Source of the DNA: an uncultured virus (IMG/VR IMGVR_UViG_3300025072_000003)
Lineage: Duplodnaviria > Heunggongvirae > Uroviricota > Caudoviricetes
DNA length: 39,853 nucleotides
IMG/VR virus record: IMGVR_UViG_3300025072_000003
Direction: 5' to 3' (one strand)
In this document: in pieces, positions 29,695 to 37,366 of the stretch
Position numbering within the stretch: the first letter of the stretch is position 1
Layout: each line of letters opens with the position of its first letter
The notes under the pieces: model-generated
The model's database searches: none
Told to the model about the DNA's origin: nothing
The model's input: only the letters and a program-made list of their open reading frames with translations
Position numbers and translations under genes: made by a program

Positions 29695-30093
29695 TCAAGG
29701 CTTCTTTACCTTTTTGAGTTTTGTCAACTCTCGTCTATATTCTTTTGGCAAGTGTTCTCGTTCAAGGATCTCTGGATCAAATTGCGTCCAAGACTCACGC
29801 ACTTGCTTACACCTTACCCTCCTAAGCTCTTTCCCATCCAGCCAAATACACTCGAAAAGACCCGTCTTGTAGTTGTAGCTGGGAATCTGTGAACTTTTGT
29901 TTAATATCCTCCATGCTCTAACTTGGTAGCGATTTGATGCAAATGACCAGTCATAAAAGATTACTTGACTAAATACAAGCTTTGCATTATCGTCATAAAA
30001 ATGGTTGACTTCTATCAACTCAACTGTATCTTCTAGAACGACTGCTTCATTTTGTTTTAACGCAAAAAAGAAAAAAAGGAATAGTGCTGCCAT
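29695..30093 (-). CDS. Secreted hypothetical protein resembling a planctomycete conserved family
   Basis: Signal-peptide-like start. The IEVNHFYDD...QVIFYDW...RESWTQFDPEILERExLP similarity is recalled, not searched. Confidence 0.6.
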   Translation of the reverse strand: MAALFLFFFFALKQNEAVVLEDTVELIEVNHFYDDNAKLVFSQVIFYDWSFASNRYQVRAWRILNKSSQIPSYNYKTGLFECIWLDGKELRRVRCKQVRESWTQFDPEILEREHLPKEYRRELTKLKKVKKP

Positions 30094-30162
30094 GCGCGTT
30101 TATCCTATGTTAATGGTATATTAGAATCATATACCAAAACAAACTTCAAAGCAACACCTAAG

Positions 30163-30246
30163 CACTCACCTGGGGAATCGAACCCTAACCATCCAGACAC
30201 ACATTAAGGAACCAGTTTAGAATACTGGTGTGGCCTACAGGCGAGC
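30163..30246 (-). ncRNA. tRNA-like element with non-canonical core
   Basis: GCTCGCC/GGTGAGT acceptor-like stem and GGTTCGATTCC T loop. Internal hairpin CCAGT-ATTCTAA-ACTGG. No D arm. Confidence 0.45.
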
Positions 30247-30256
30247 AAAAATAAAG

Positions 30257-30329
30257 TATCCCCGACAGGATTCGAACCTGCAACCCACTGGGTAAAAACC
30301 AGCAACTCTACCAATTGAGTTACGGAGAC
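30257..30329 (-). tRNA. tRNA-Lys (TTT)
   Basis: Anticodon arm GCTGG-TTTTTAC-CCAGT; A73. Confidence 0.88.
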
Positions 30330-30340
30330 AAAATGTAAAG

Positions 30341-30413
30341 TGCCCTCGGCAAGATTCGAACTTGCGACCAACCGGGTAAGAACCGGCAACTCTAGCCACT
30401 GAGTTACGAAGGC
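30341..30413 (-). tRNA. tRNA-Lys (CTT)
   Basis: Anticodon arm GCCGG-TTCTTAC-CCGGT; A73. Confidence 0.9.
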
Positions 30414-30426
30414 AAAATATTAAAAG

Positions 30427-30536
30427 TGGAATTGGTGGGGCTCGAACCCACACTTGACGCCCAGTTTTCTGGCCACATCAAGCCTTCGCCCTGCACGAAA
30501 TAAGCCAGGGTTGATTACCTGTTAATTTACAATGCC
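30427..30536 (-). ncRNA. Oversized tRNA-like element
   Basis: Acceptor-like GGCATTG/CAATTCC and T arm GTGGG-TTCGAGC-CCCAC. CCCTG/CAGGG encloses a 12-nt loop, followed by a very long variable arm. Confidence 0.5.
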
Positions 30537-30564
30537 TAAGTCGTCTGCAATCCCATGTATAAAG

Positions 30565-30640
30565 TCCTGCGAGAAGGATTTGAACCTTCGACTTCCACCT
30601 TATCAGGGTAGCACTCTAAACCAGACTGAGTTACCGCAGG
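30565..30640 (-). tRNA. tRNA-Ile (GAT)
   Basis: Anticodon arm CTACC-CTGATAA-GGTGG. Confidence 0.9.
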
Positions 30641-30647
30641 AAAGGAT

Positions 30648-30676
30648 GGCATGTGCAGGATTGTCCTGCACATGCC
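30648..30676. repeat. Perfect 13-bp inverted repeat after the RNA ligase
   Basis: GGCATGTGCAGGA-TTG-TCCTGCACATGCC. Confidence 0.8.
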
Positions 30677-30683
30677 TCTTCCA

Positions 30684-31607
30684 TTAAACATCTTGTAATG
30701 CATTCTGAAAATGCAATTTAACCAACTGTGCAGTAAGCCTTCCGATAGCTTTCTCCACAGGCTTGCTCCAAACGATTTCGCCTTCTGCTTCAATCTTAAT
30801 ATCAGCAGTCATGGCTACTTGAATTTCTCTCATCTTTTCCATGCCTGGATCTTCAATTTTCTGAAGGATGTGCGCCACTCTCATTGGCGTACACCACTCA
30901 TCGGCAATAGCTTGAGCATCGCTCAAAACCTTCAACTTCACAGGGTCGTCAATCACGCGAGGTGCTTTGGTTTCACGAAAATCATCACCTTTATGCTTAG
31001 AGATAACTCGCTTGCCATCGTTCCTTGTCAACTCAATGAGAGGACGAAGAACAACACCTTCTCGCTTATGACCTTCTCCCATTCCGTTTCTAACAGCCTG
31101 AACTGAATCACGGTCACGCTCACGATTAATGGCTTCGACTTCTGTTGGAATTAAAACGTAGTCAACAAACTCAAGTCCTAATTCCTTCACAAAATCATCA
31201 GCCTGCGGAACAGACAGCCACATGCCATTAATGCAAACATCAAAAGCAGCAAACTTTAATTGCTTGCCATATGTGTGTGACATTTTCTGACAACTTCCGC
31301 CGTATGCTTCGCCGTATACAACAACGTCACACATCCCAGCAAACTTGTCTCTCAGTGTTCCCTGGTCAAAAAGTTGAACGAATTTCTGATGTGACTCTCC
31401 ACCAGAAAAGAAAATTAACATTCCTTTTCCGTCCTGAATCTTCCAAGTGATGTGAGATGAAGTCCCATGAAGCTTTTCGAGTGCGTAGCACTCACGAAAC
31501 AACATGATGTTCTGATCTTTGTACAGGTTGTTTATCTTTAGATACCCGATGATACACCTACCTTTCCTTCCACCTTTTAGCCAAATCCTTACCTGGACTG
31601 GTTTCAT
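30684..31607 (-). CDS. ATP-dependent RNA ligase (Rnl2-like)
   Basis: Nucleotidyltransferase motifs I (EKLHGTS), III (VYGEAYG), IIIa (FAAFDV), IV (REGVVLRP) and V (ISKHK). The start is uncertain. Confidence 0.85.
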   Translation of the reverse strand: MKPVQVRIWLKGGRKGRCIIGYLKINNLYKDQNIMLFRECYALEKLHGTSSHITWKIQDGKGMLIFFSGGESHQKFVQLFDQGTLRDKFAGMCDVVVYGEAYGGSCQKMSHTYGKQLKFAAFDVCINGMWLSVPQADDFVKELGLEFVDYVLIPTEVEAINRERDRDSVQAVRNGMGEGHKREGVVLRPLIELTRNDGKRVISKHKGDDFRETKAPRVIDDPVKLKVLSDAQAIADEWCTPMRVAHILQKIEDPGMEKMREIQVAMTADIKIEAEGEIVWSKPVEKAIGRLTAQLVKLHFQNALQDV

Positions 31608-31863
31608 TTTTTAATTTAAGTTCACGTTTCTTACAATCGTTTGCCCAGTCTGCCGTTTCAGCAGATTCTAGAGCATCCAAGTTCTTCCTACGCAGAAGAA
31701 CGTCTTTAATTGTCTTACCTTTACCGCCACTATTGGGGCGTTTTAATTTTACTTTCTTTTTATTTTTCTTTTCAACAGGAGCATTCATTCTCTGACGCCA
31801 CTCTTCCATTTCAGCAGCAGTCTCGAATCCTCTTGTTTCACCATTCATTGTTAATTCAAACAT
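31558..31863 (-). CDS. Hypothetical protein
   Basis: GAGGT RBS; 101-aa basic ORF. Confidence 0.65.
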   Translation of the reverse strand: MFELTMNGETRGFETAAEMEEWRQRMNAPVEKKNKKKVKLKRPNSGGKGKTIKDVLLRRKNLDALESAETADWANDCKKRELKLKNETSPGKDLAKRWKER

Positions 31864-31894
31864 TATTACCTCTACCTTATTGGTAAAGCCTTAG

Positions 31895-31988
31895 GGCCAG
31901 TGGAGGGACTTGAACCCACAACCTATGGTTTACTTTGTGGGCTATCTTGCCCGTAAAACCATTGCTCTGCCAATTGAGCTACACTGGC
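31895..31988 (-). tRNA. tRNA-Thr with 21-nt anticodon-loop intron-like insertion (TGT if spliced at 34/35)
   Basis: Thr-type body GCCAGTG/CACTGGC. ATGGT/ACCAT encloses the 28-nt loop TTTACGGGCAAGATAGCCCACAAAGTAA. Confidence 0.78.
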
Positions 31989-32159
31989 TTAACTTAGGGA
32001 TAGATATTTTGTATTATAAGTCTATCCCCCCAAACTTCCATTTCATAAATTCTAAGCCACTTTCGTTCTGATTGTTTAATTTCATCATAACACTTTTCCA
32101 ATGTATCATGACAAGTCTGTGGTGGCTTTTCGTACTGAACAACAAACATAAATCATTCC

Positions 32160-32696
32160 TTACAGTGGAGGCATTTCTTTGTAAGCATGGATGTTATCAG
32201 ACCATCCGAAGTTTTCAGTTGTGTGTACTTCGTTTTTAATATCTTCTCTCACCTTCGTTAAAACTTCTCCAAGCCAATTGACGCCACGCCATTTCGATTT
32301 ATCTTCACATCGTGGATCATCTTCAGCGAGTCCGATTCCCCATAGACGATCTTTTGGACTTGCTTCGACCAAAATAGTATCTTTTGTACCAAGCAAATAA
32401 ATTTTCAAGATTTCATTTTGCATATATTTGGCATAACTGCCTTCATACACTACATCACGAGAATTTTCGTTCCATGTGTCAACATCAAAGGGAGTAATTT
32501 TACGCCCCAACTTTTTCTGTTGCCAGGGGTCGCTTGTTTCAAGGATTTCAGCTAATGTCGCCTCATCTTCGAACACTCTTGCCTTTCCCGCCATCATGTA
32601 TTGTTCGGCAGTGCAGTACGTCACTCCATCTATTTCAAATTCGGAAGGATACCACTGTGAAAGTATCCCGCCATAGAAAAATGTATACTTGTTCAT
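32160..32696 (-). CDS. NADAR family protein (YbiA-like)
   Basis: LSQWYPS, TAEQYMMAGKA, KKLGR, LVEASPKDRLWGIG and NWLGEVL. Confidence 0.93.
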   Translation of the reverse strand: MNKYTFFYGGILSQWYPSEFEIDGVTYCTAEQYMMAGKARVFEDEATLAEILETSDPWQQKKLGRKITPFDVDTWNENSRDVVYEGSYAKYMQNEILKIYLLGTKDTILVEASPKDRLWGIGLAEDDPRCEDKSKWRGVNWLGEVLTKVREDIKNEVHTTENFGWSDNIHAYKEMPPL

Positions 32697-32809
32697 CTTT
32701 AAGCCTTTCTAAAAATAAATATTATGATGGACTTGCTGTGCTATCTCCAATGCTTCAACTTGGCACACACAACTAGGCATAAGTAGCTTTAACTGTCCCA
32801 TCCATCAAG

Positions 32810-32882
32810 AGCTATCGGAGGGAATCGAACCCGTCATAGTCCTCTTTACAAGAGAGGTGCATTCCAATCTAGCCACAATAGC
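32810..32882 (-). tRNA. tRNA-Thr (TGT)
   Basis: Anticodon arm CCTCT-CTTGTAA-AGAGG. Confidence 0.85.
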
Positions 32883-33110
32883 TTAATCAACGATCAGATA
32901 TACTCCCAACTCATATCCCATACGTTCTTCGTGTACAATTTCTCCACTTTCAATAAGTGAATTAATTGCGTCCCATGCCTTTACTCCATACCTCTTATGC
33001 ATCTGCGCAGCCAGCAATCTTTTTCCAATAAGACCGTCACTGTCTTTTATCAAATCCAAAACTCCATGTTCAACATGCCTTTTTGACTGACATCTGCGAC
33101 TATCCATCAT
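32883..33110 (-). CDS. Small hypothetical protein (possibly winged helix)
   Basis: 75-aa ORF with AINSLIESGEI. Confidence 0.55.
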   Translation of the reverse strand: MMDSRRCQSKRHVEHGVLDLIKDSDGLIGKRLLAAQMHKRYGVKAWDAINSLIESGEIVHEERMGYELGVYLIVD

Positions 33111-33525
33111 TGTCTCTCCTGTAAGTTGCTTGAGAATTCGTTATCTGACAATTCTTGTTATTTCCGATTGTTATGTGATATTTCTTGTTATCGTTCCTTC
33201 GATACCTGGACAAACCAAGTTCTTCTCGAATATCCCCGATTCTATCACAATCAACGTCAAGAAAGAAGTATTTTCCATCAAATTTTACAACATTGCTGTA
33301 TTGGAAGACAATTTCTTCTCCACTGTGCTTTCCCCAGTGTTCCATTGCAATGTTTTGTTGTTCCAGTCCTGTTCTAACAACAGTAATGTGAGCATCGTAC
33401 ATCTGAGGCTGTGGATAGTGGTATTTTGGTATCATACTGCGGTAGAAATCAGAAATGCCTTTGTCTACCCATATCACCACTCTTAGCCCTGGTCCGTATT
33501 CTAAAGTTCCTTTAGATTCAAACAT
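33100..33525 (-). CDS. 2H phosphoesterase family protein
   Basis: Two HxT motifs (AHITVV, YHITIG) about 70 aa apart. Confidence 0.75.
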   Translation of the reverse strand: MFESKGTLEYGPGLRVVIWVDKGISDFYRSMIPKYHYPQPQMYDAHITVVRTGLEQQNIAMEHWGKHSGEEIVFQYSNVVKFDGKYFFLDVDCDRIGDIREELGLSRYRRNDNKKYHITIGNNKNCQITNSQATYRRDNDG

Positions 33526-33535
33526 ATCAATAAAG

Positions 33536-33620
33536 AGGCTAGGGTGGGATTCGAACCCACGGTGTGATTAAATCAGCGAGTTTTGCAGACTCGCGCCTTC
33601 GTCCGCTTGGCTACCTAGCC
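33536..33620 (-). tRNA. tRNA-Cys (GCA) with long variable arm
   Basis: Anticodon arm CGAGT-CTGCAAA-ACTCG; U73; 16-nt variable region with a TGAT/ATCA stem. Confidence 0.85.
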
Positions 33621-34049
33621 GTATGGATTATCAAGTATCTCTCCCGCTTCTGATCCTGGGATTGGATCAATAGCAATGTCATCCGGCAAAAACTTAACTC
33701 CTTGAATCTTCTTCCAACTATATCCGCCGCCAGTCTCGTAAGTTGAATATGGAACGTCTATATTAAAACCTTCCTCGCCAACCTTCATAACGCACCAGAC
33801 ATGTTGTTCTCCGCACATGGCTGAAACAGTGCCAACATCAAAGCTTCCAGCAAAGTTGTGATTTACAACATCGCTGATAGCTTCTGCTATGTCCTGGCAA
33901 ATGCCTCCACCATTGTATTCGTCATGTTCGTCGCTTTGATCCCAGTTATCATAAACAGCCTGTGCAGCCTTAGCCATCATAGGTCTTAGCTGCATTAGTC
34001 GTTTATGAATTGGGGAAAAGGATTCTAGCCATTTTTTGAAACTTCTCAT
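33615..34049 (-). CDS. Hypothetical protein with FKxWLE N-terminus
   Basis: Starts MRSFKKWLE; contains GGGICQDIAEAI and HVW. Confidence 0.7.
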   Translation of the reverse strand: MRSFKKWLESFSPIHKRLMQLRPMMAKAAQAVYDNWDQSDEHDEYNGGGICQDIAEAISDVVNHNFAGSFDVGTVSAMCGEQHVWCVMKVGEEGFNIDVPYSTYETGGGYSWKKIQGVKFLPDDIAIDPIPGSEAGEILDNPYG

Positions 34050-34068
34050 CCTAATATATACATAAGTT

Positions 34069-34266
34069 TCAACATTTCCAAGGAGTGCGTGCCACAAATC
34101 TTGCTATTCGTTTTTTCTTATTTAACATCACAAACACGACCCATTCGTATGTCTCCATACATCCAACTATTTCGGATACAGTTATGTTTTCTTTCCCATA
34201 CTTTTTAATGATCTTATTCAACAAATCAAAATCACGTTCATTCTTTAATGTTTTTTTATCAATCAT
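34069..34266 (-). CDS. Hypothetical protein
   Basis: 65 aa with ATGA overlap. Confidence 0.5.
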   Translation of the reverse strand: MIDKKTLKNERDFDLLNKIIKKYGKENITVSEIVGCMETYEWVVFVMLNKKKRIARFVARTPWKC

Positions 34267-34445
34267 ATTTTCGCAACTTTAAGAAAGTCTTTCTGCTTGT
34301 ACTGTGGGACTTCTTTCCATTTTGATATTTGTTTTCTCGACCAACAAAACTTAGCACTCACCAACCATTCGCCAGTATACTTTGGCGGCTTGCAAATTGC
34401 CAACAAATAAAGTTCTCCATCTCGCTTTGATCTAAATACAGTCAT
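34263..34445 (-). CDS. Hypothetical protein
   Basis: AGGAG RBS; 60 aa. Confidence 0.55.
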   Translation of the reverse strand: MTVFRSKRDGELYLLAICKPPKYTGEWLVSAKFCWSRKQISKWKEVPQYKQKDFLKVAKI

Positions 34446-34459
34446 AATTATCTCCTAAG

Positions 34460-34549
34460 GGCTGGTGGTTGGATTCGAACTCAACATTTCTGCCGTTTAG
34501 TGGCAGCGTTCTACCTTGTCGGCTATGAACCGACTTAAACTACACCAAC
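34460..34549 (-). tRNA. Atypical tRNA with hairpin inserted in the D loop
   Basis: GTTGGTG/CACCAGC acceptor; D loop contains GTCGGT...GCCGAC; anticodon arm CTGCC-ACTAAAC-GGCAG lacks U33. Confidence 0.55.
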
Positions 34550-34560
34550 ATAAGTTTTAG

Positions 34561-34632
34561 TAATTCTACCGGGGATCGAACCCAGATCTCTTGACTCCAC
34601 GCCAAGCGATTTTCCGATTAATCTACAGAACA
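34561..34632 (-). tRNA. Atypical or pseudo tRNA (TGG at the anticodon position)
   Basis: Cloverleaf with a weak acceptor stem; CTTGG-CGTGGAG-TCAAG has G33. Confidence 0.45.
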
Positions 34633-34739
34633 CTAAAACTCTTTATCCTCGATCCTCCCTTTCTCGTATAAAGTAAGGGCGTGCCTGTTTACACCACGTT
34701 TAATGTTACCTCAGGAAAAGCAACATTTAACTTACCGAG

Positions 34740-35165
34740 TCAGTCCTGATTCTTTTTTAATTCTTCTATTTCCAAGTGCTGCATAAGTTTTTCATCAGGC
34801 AAGTCTATGCCCATATTGTCATCCATCGCTTCGCCAATCTGATGAAGACCGACAACAGTGCAATTTTCATTTGCCCATGCTAGGTCTGTTATAATTCCAC
34901 GAATAGCACCAGCGTCTACTCCACTTAACAATGGCAAAATAGCCTCTAACTTTTCTTTATTATCGGCAAGAGAGTTAGCAATTTCATCAAGGCTGTCTTT
35001 CCTGTCTTTCATTAATCCTCTAAATTCTTTGCTTAGTTTGTCCAACTCTCTCCCCAATCGTTCGCGTTCTTCGCTGTCATTAAGAAATTTGTCTTTATCC
35101 AACGATTCACCCAGTTCTTTCATCGACCTACCCAATCGTTTGTATTCTTCTTCATGTTCAGTCAT
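34740..35165 (-). CDS. Coiled-coil hypothetical protein
   Basis: MTEHEEEY start overlaps the upstream stop. Confidence 0.65.
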   Translation of the reverse strand: MTEHEEEYKRLGRSMKELGESLDKDKFLNDSEERERLGRELDKLSKEFRGLMKDRKDSLDEIANSLADNKEKLEAILPLLSGVDAGAIRGIITDLAWANENCTVVGLHQIGEAMDDNMGIDLPDEKLMQHLEIEELKKNQD

Positions 35166-35394
35166 GATCCATACCCTTGCCTTCAATGTAATCATCCATG
35201 TCCTGCAAACAATCGTTTAATTCCACAAACGGAACTACTCCTTCTGGAAGGTTTATCAAAATTGTTCGGCACTTATCGAGAATACAAGCCATTCTAAGGG
35301 ACTCTGCATTTCGAACAATCAACTCTTCATTTTTTTTCCTCAACATTTTCTTCAAATGTTCTGCCTTAGAACATCTGTGTCCTATTTCTCCCAT
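35158..35394 (-). CDS. Hypothetical protein
   Basis: 78 aa, tiled. Confidence 0.55.
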   Translation of the reverse strand: MGEIGHRCSKAEHLKKMLRKKNEELIVRNAESLRMACILDKCRTILINLPEGVVPFVELNDCLQDMDDYIEGKGMDHD

Positions 35395-35648
35395 GTCTTC
35401 ACTCCAGTTTCAATATATTCATCTATTGTTTTTTGTGAAGCGCCATAAAAAGCATTGCTCATTTCGTCAATTACTCCCTTGCCAGAAACAATCCTTACGC
35501 CAATCCAATAAGGAGTGTCTGACACATATACAGCACTCTTTCTTGCATCTTCAATTGTTGAGTGCTTTGAATTCAACTTCCATTCTTTAGAATCCCTGCC
35601 GACTTTGTATTCAACATTAAACTTATCATTTACCCAAGGGCTTTTCAT
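35382..35648 (-). CDS. Hypothetical protein
   Basis: GGAG RBS; 88 aa. Confidence 0.65.
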   Translation of the reverse strand: MKSPWVNDKFNVEYKVGRDSKEWKLNSKHSTIEDARKSAVYVSDTPYWIGVRIVSGKGVIDEMSNAFYGASQKTIDEYIETGVKTWEK

Positions 35649-35888
35649 TTAACAACTCCAAAAGTTCCAATTTTCGAAAATCTAGCTCCTGGGAATTTTT
35701 CTAGAACCATTTCAATTGCTTCATGAGCCTTAAATGATTCAATGTCATGAAATTTGTTAAAATACCCATCCCTATACCATACACGATACAATTGTTTTTT
35801 TCTTGTAGGCATTTGTTACTCCAAAAAAAAACGCTAACAGTCGTAGTCCAACTCTTAGCGTCAATATAACAGATTGTAGGATTGAAGT

Positions 35889-36161
35889 CTAGTCGCCTGG
35901 AAGGGGATAATCTGCTTCGATTCGTCTCTTAGAAACTAAATTAGGAAGTCTTTTCTCTTCCTCCCAATAACCATCAGACGCACCCAAGGCATTGTCGCAT
36001 ACGTTGTAAATGTCCGTATGAAGGGCATCAATGTCAGACATGTGTTCGGCGTTTGACGCCAATGTCCTAGCCTCAACTAAGGCTTCTCGTAGATCAGATA
36101 TTGTCTTGCGAAGATTCATTGAATTTCCTGCTGGTTGAGTCTTCACTCCAAACATTTCCAT
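35889..36161 (-). CDS. Hypothetical protein
   Basis: ORF of about 76-90 aa. Confidence 0.5.
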   Translation of the reverse strand: MEMFGVKTQPAGNSMNLRKTISDLREALVEARTLASNAEHMSDIDALHTDIYNVCDNALGASDGYWEEEKRLPNLVSKRRIEADYPLPGD

Positions 36162-36394
36162 GGTGATGAACTCGATGACAATTAGAACAAATTACATCAC
36201 ACTTAGCAATTTCTTCCTCTATTCTTTTGATGGAAGAACGATTGCAGACCATTTCTGCGATACTAAGATGCTTAGTCTCTCTGTCTCTGTGATGAAAATC
36301 CAAACACTGCCATCTGCTTTCTTCGCAAACACTGCATTTGGATTCTTTTCTTATATTTCTAACAAATTCACGATTTCTAGAAATTTTTGACCAT
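36094..36394 (-). pseudogene. Small HNH endonuclease with out-of-frame start
   Basis: One frame reads KCSVCEE...LDFHH...KCDVICSNCHR. The nearest ATG is in another frame (ATG GTC AAA AAT TTC TAG). Confidence 0.6.
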
Positions 36395-36421
36395 ATTGTT
36401 TACGCTAAAACTAAAAAAAAT

Positions 36422-37247
36422 TGGTGGGCTGAGATTATACCCTCCAGTGAAGCGTCTTTAGTTTCCGTACCTACTTCTTTGCGGAAGTCGTTAAAAACTT
36501 ATCCACTACCCTATGGTAGTATCGCTTCATAGCTGCCTTGTTTTAGAAGGTGGCGGTTCCTTCATAATATTCAACTACTCAACCACTTCGATTAAGCCAA
36601 CCTTGCGGGCTGCTCGGTAGTGCTAACCACCTACTCGCTCTCCGTAATTAACAACCTTAGCCTTGCGAGCTTCAGTTGTCGGCATTGCCCCGAAGGACTG
36701 CCGATTTAAGCTATTTTCGTCAAACACAAGATCAGACTTTTGCTTGTTAAACAAAGTTAGGATTCGCACCTAATCTTCTGATTCCTAAAATCAGCGCTCT
36801 ACTATTGAGCCACATTGTGGTTGGCGAACGATGTGCTGATCTTGCGGCTTTTATTCCTTTTGAGAATAAAAATACCACACACCACTCTGTACAAAATCTA
36901 GTTGATTTTTAATACGGTTTTTCTAGCAAGTGTGGAACCCCGAAAGGTTTCCCCACTTTCTCTATCAAACTATCGTTAAGCATTTAGGCACTACCCCTCA
37001 CACAAAACAACTACTGTTCCTCTCTCGCTAGTAATCAGTTCACTCGATAAGTTGGAGCACGACACCCACAACAATCAGAACCCTCACCGTTGGCCTAGAT
37101 TCTGGTTTCTCGACTGATTTTCCAGTTATCACCCGTTTCAGGATGACAAGGAAAGGTCAGCTTGCATAAATGGACTCTTGCGAGCGATAAGTTGCCAAAC
37201 TCACCTTTAGGGATGTTACCATCCTTACCCTATGACGTTATGCCGCC
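36422..37247 (-). ncRNA. Large structured ncRNA, GOLLD-like
   Basis: About 825 nt without a credible ORF, with many helices capped by GCAA and UUCG tetraloops on the minus strand. The 3' end reads AAAGACGCT...TAATCTCAGCC. It lies directly behind a tRNA in a phage tRNA array. Confidence 0.72.
36749..36819 (-). tRNA. Degenerate tRNA-like element embedded in the GOLLD-like RNA
   Basis: D arm GCTC/GAGC, anticodon arm CTGAT-TTTAGGA-ATCAG and T arm TTAGG-TGCGAAT-CCTAA. The acceptor stem is mismatched. Confidence 0.55.
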
Positions 37248-37250
37248 AAG

Positions 37251-37323
37251 TGACACGACGGGGAATCGAACCCCGGTAGTCCTGCTTGAGAAACAGGATA
37301 CCAAACCAACACAGTACCGCGCC
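37251..37323 (-). tRNA. tRNA-Glu (CTC)
   Basis: Anticodon arm CCTGT-TTCTCAA-GCAGG and canonical T arm. Confidence 0.8.
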
Positions 37324-37337
37324 AAATCTTATATACT

Positions 37338-37366
37338 ACTATACTTCAACCAACACTCTTTGTCAA
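37338..37366 (-). promoter_or_regulatory. Sigma-70-type promoter for tRNA-Glu and the GOLLD-like RNA
   Basis: TTGACA-17 nt-TATAGT, 14 nt upstream of the tRNA. Confidence 0.8.

Noticed and set aside
26563..31957. tRNA inserts as archaeal BHB introns or group I introns
   Set aside because: The unpaired segments do not form 3-nt bulges on opposite strands around a 4-bp helix, and 21-22 nt is too short for a ribozyme.
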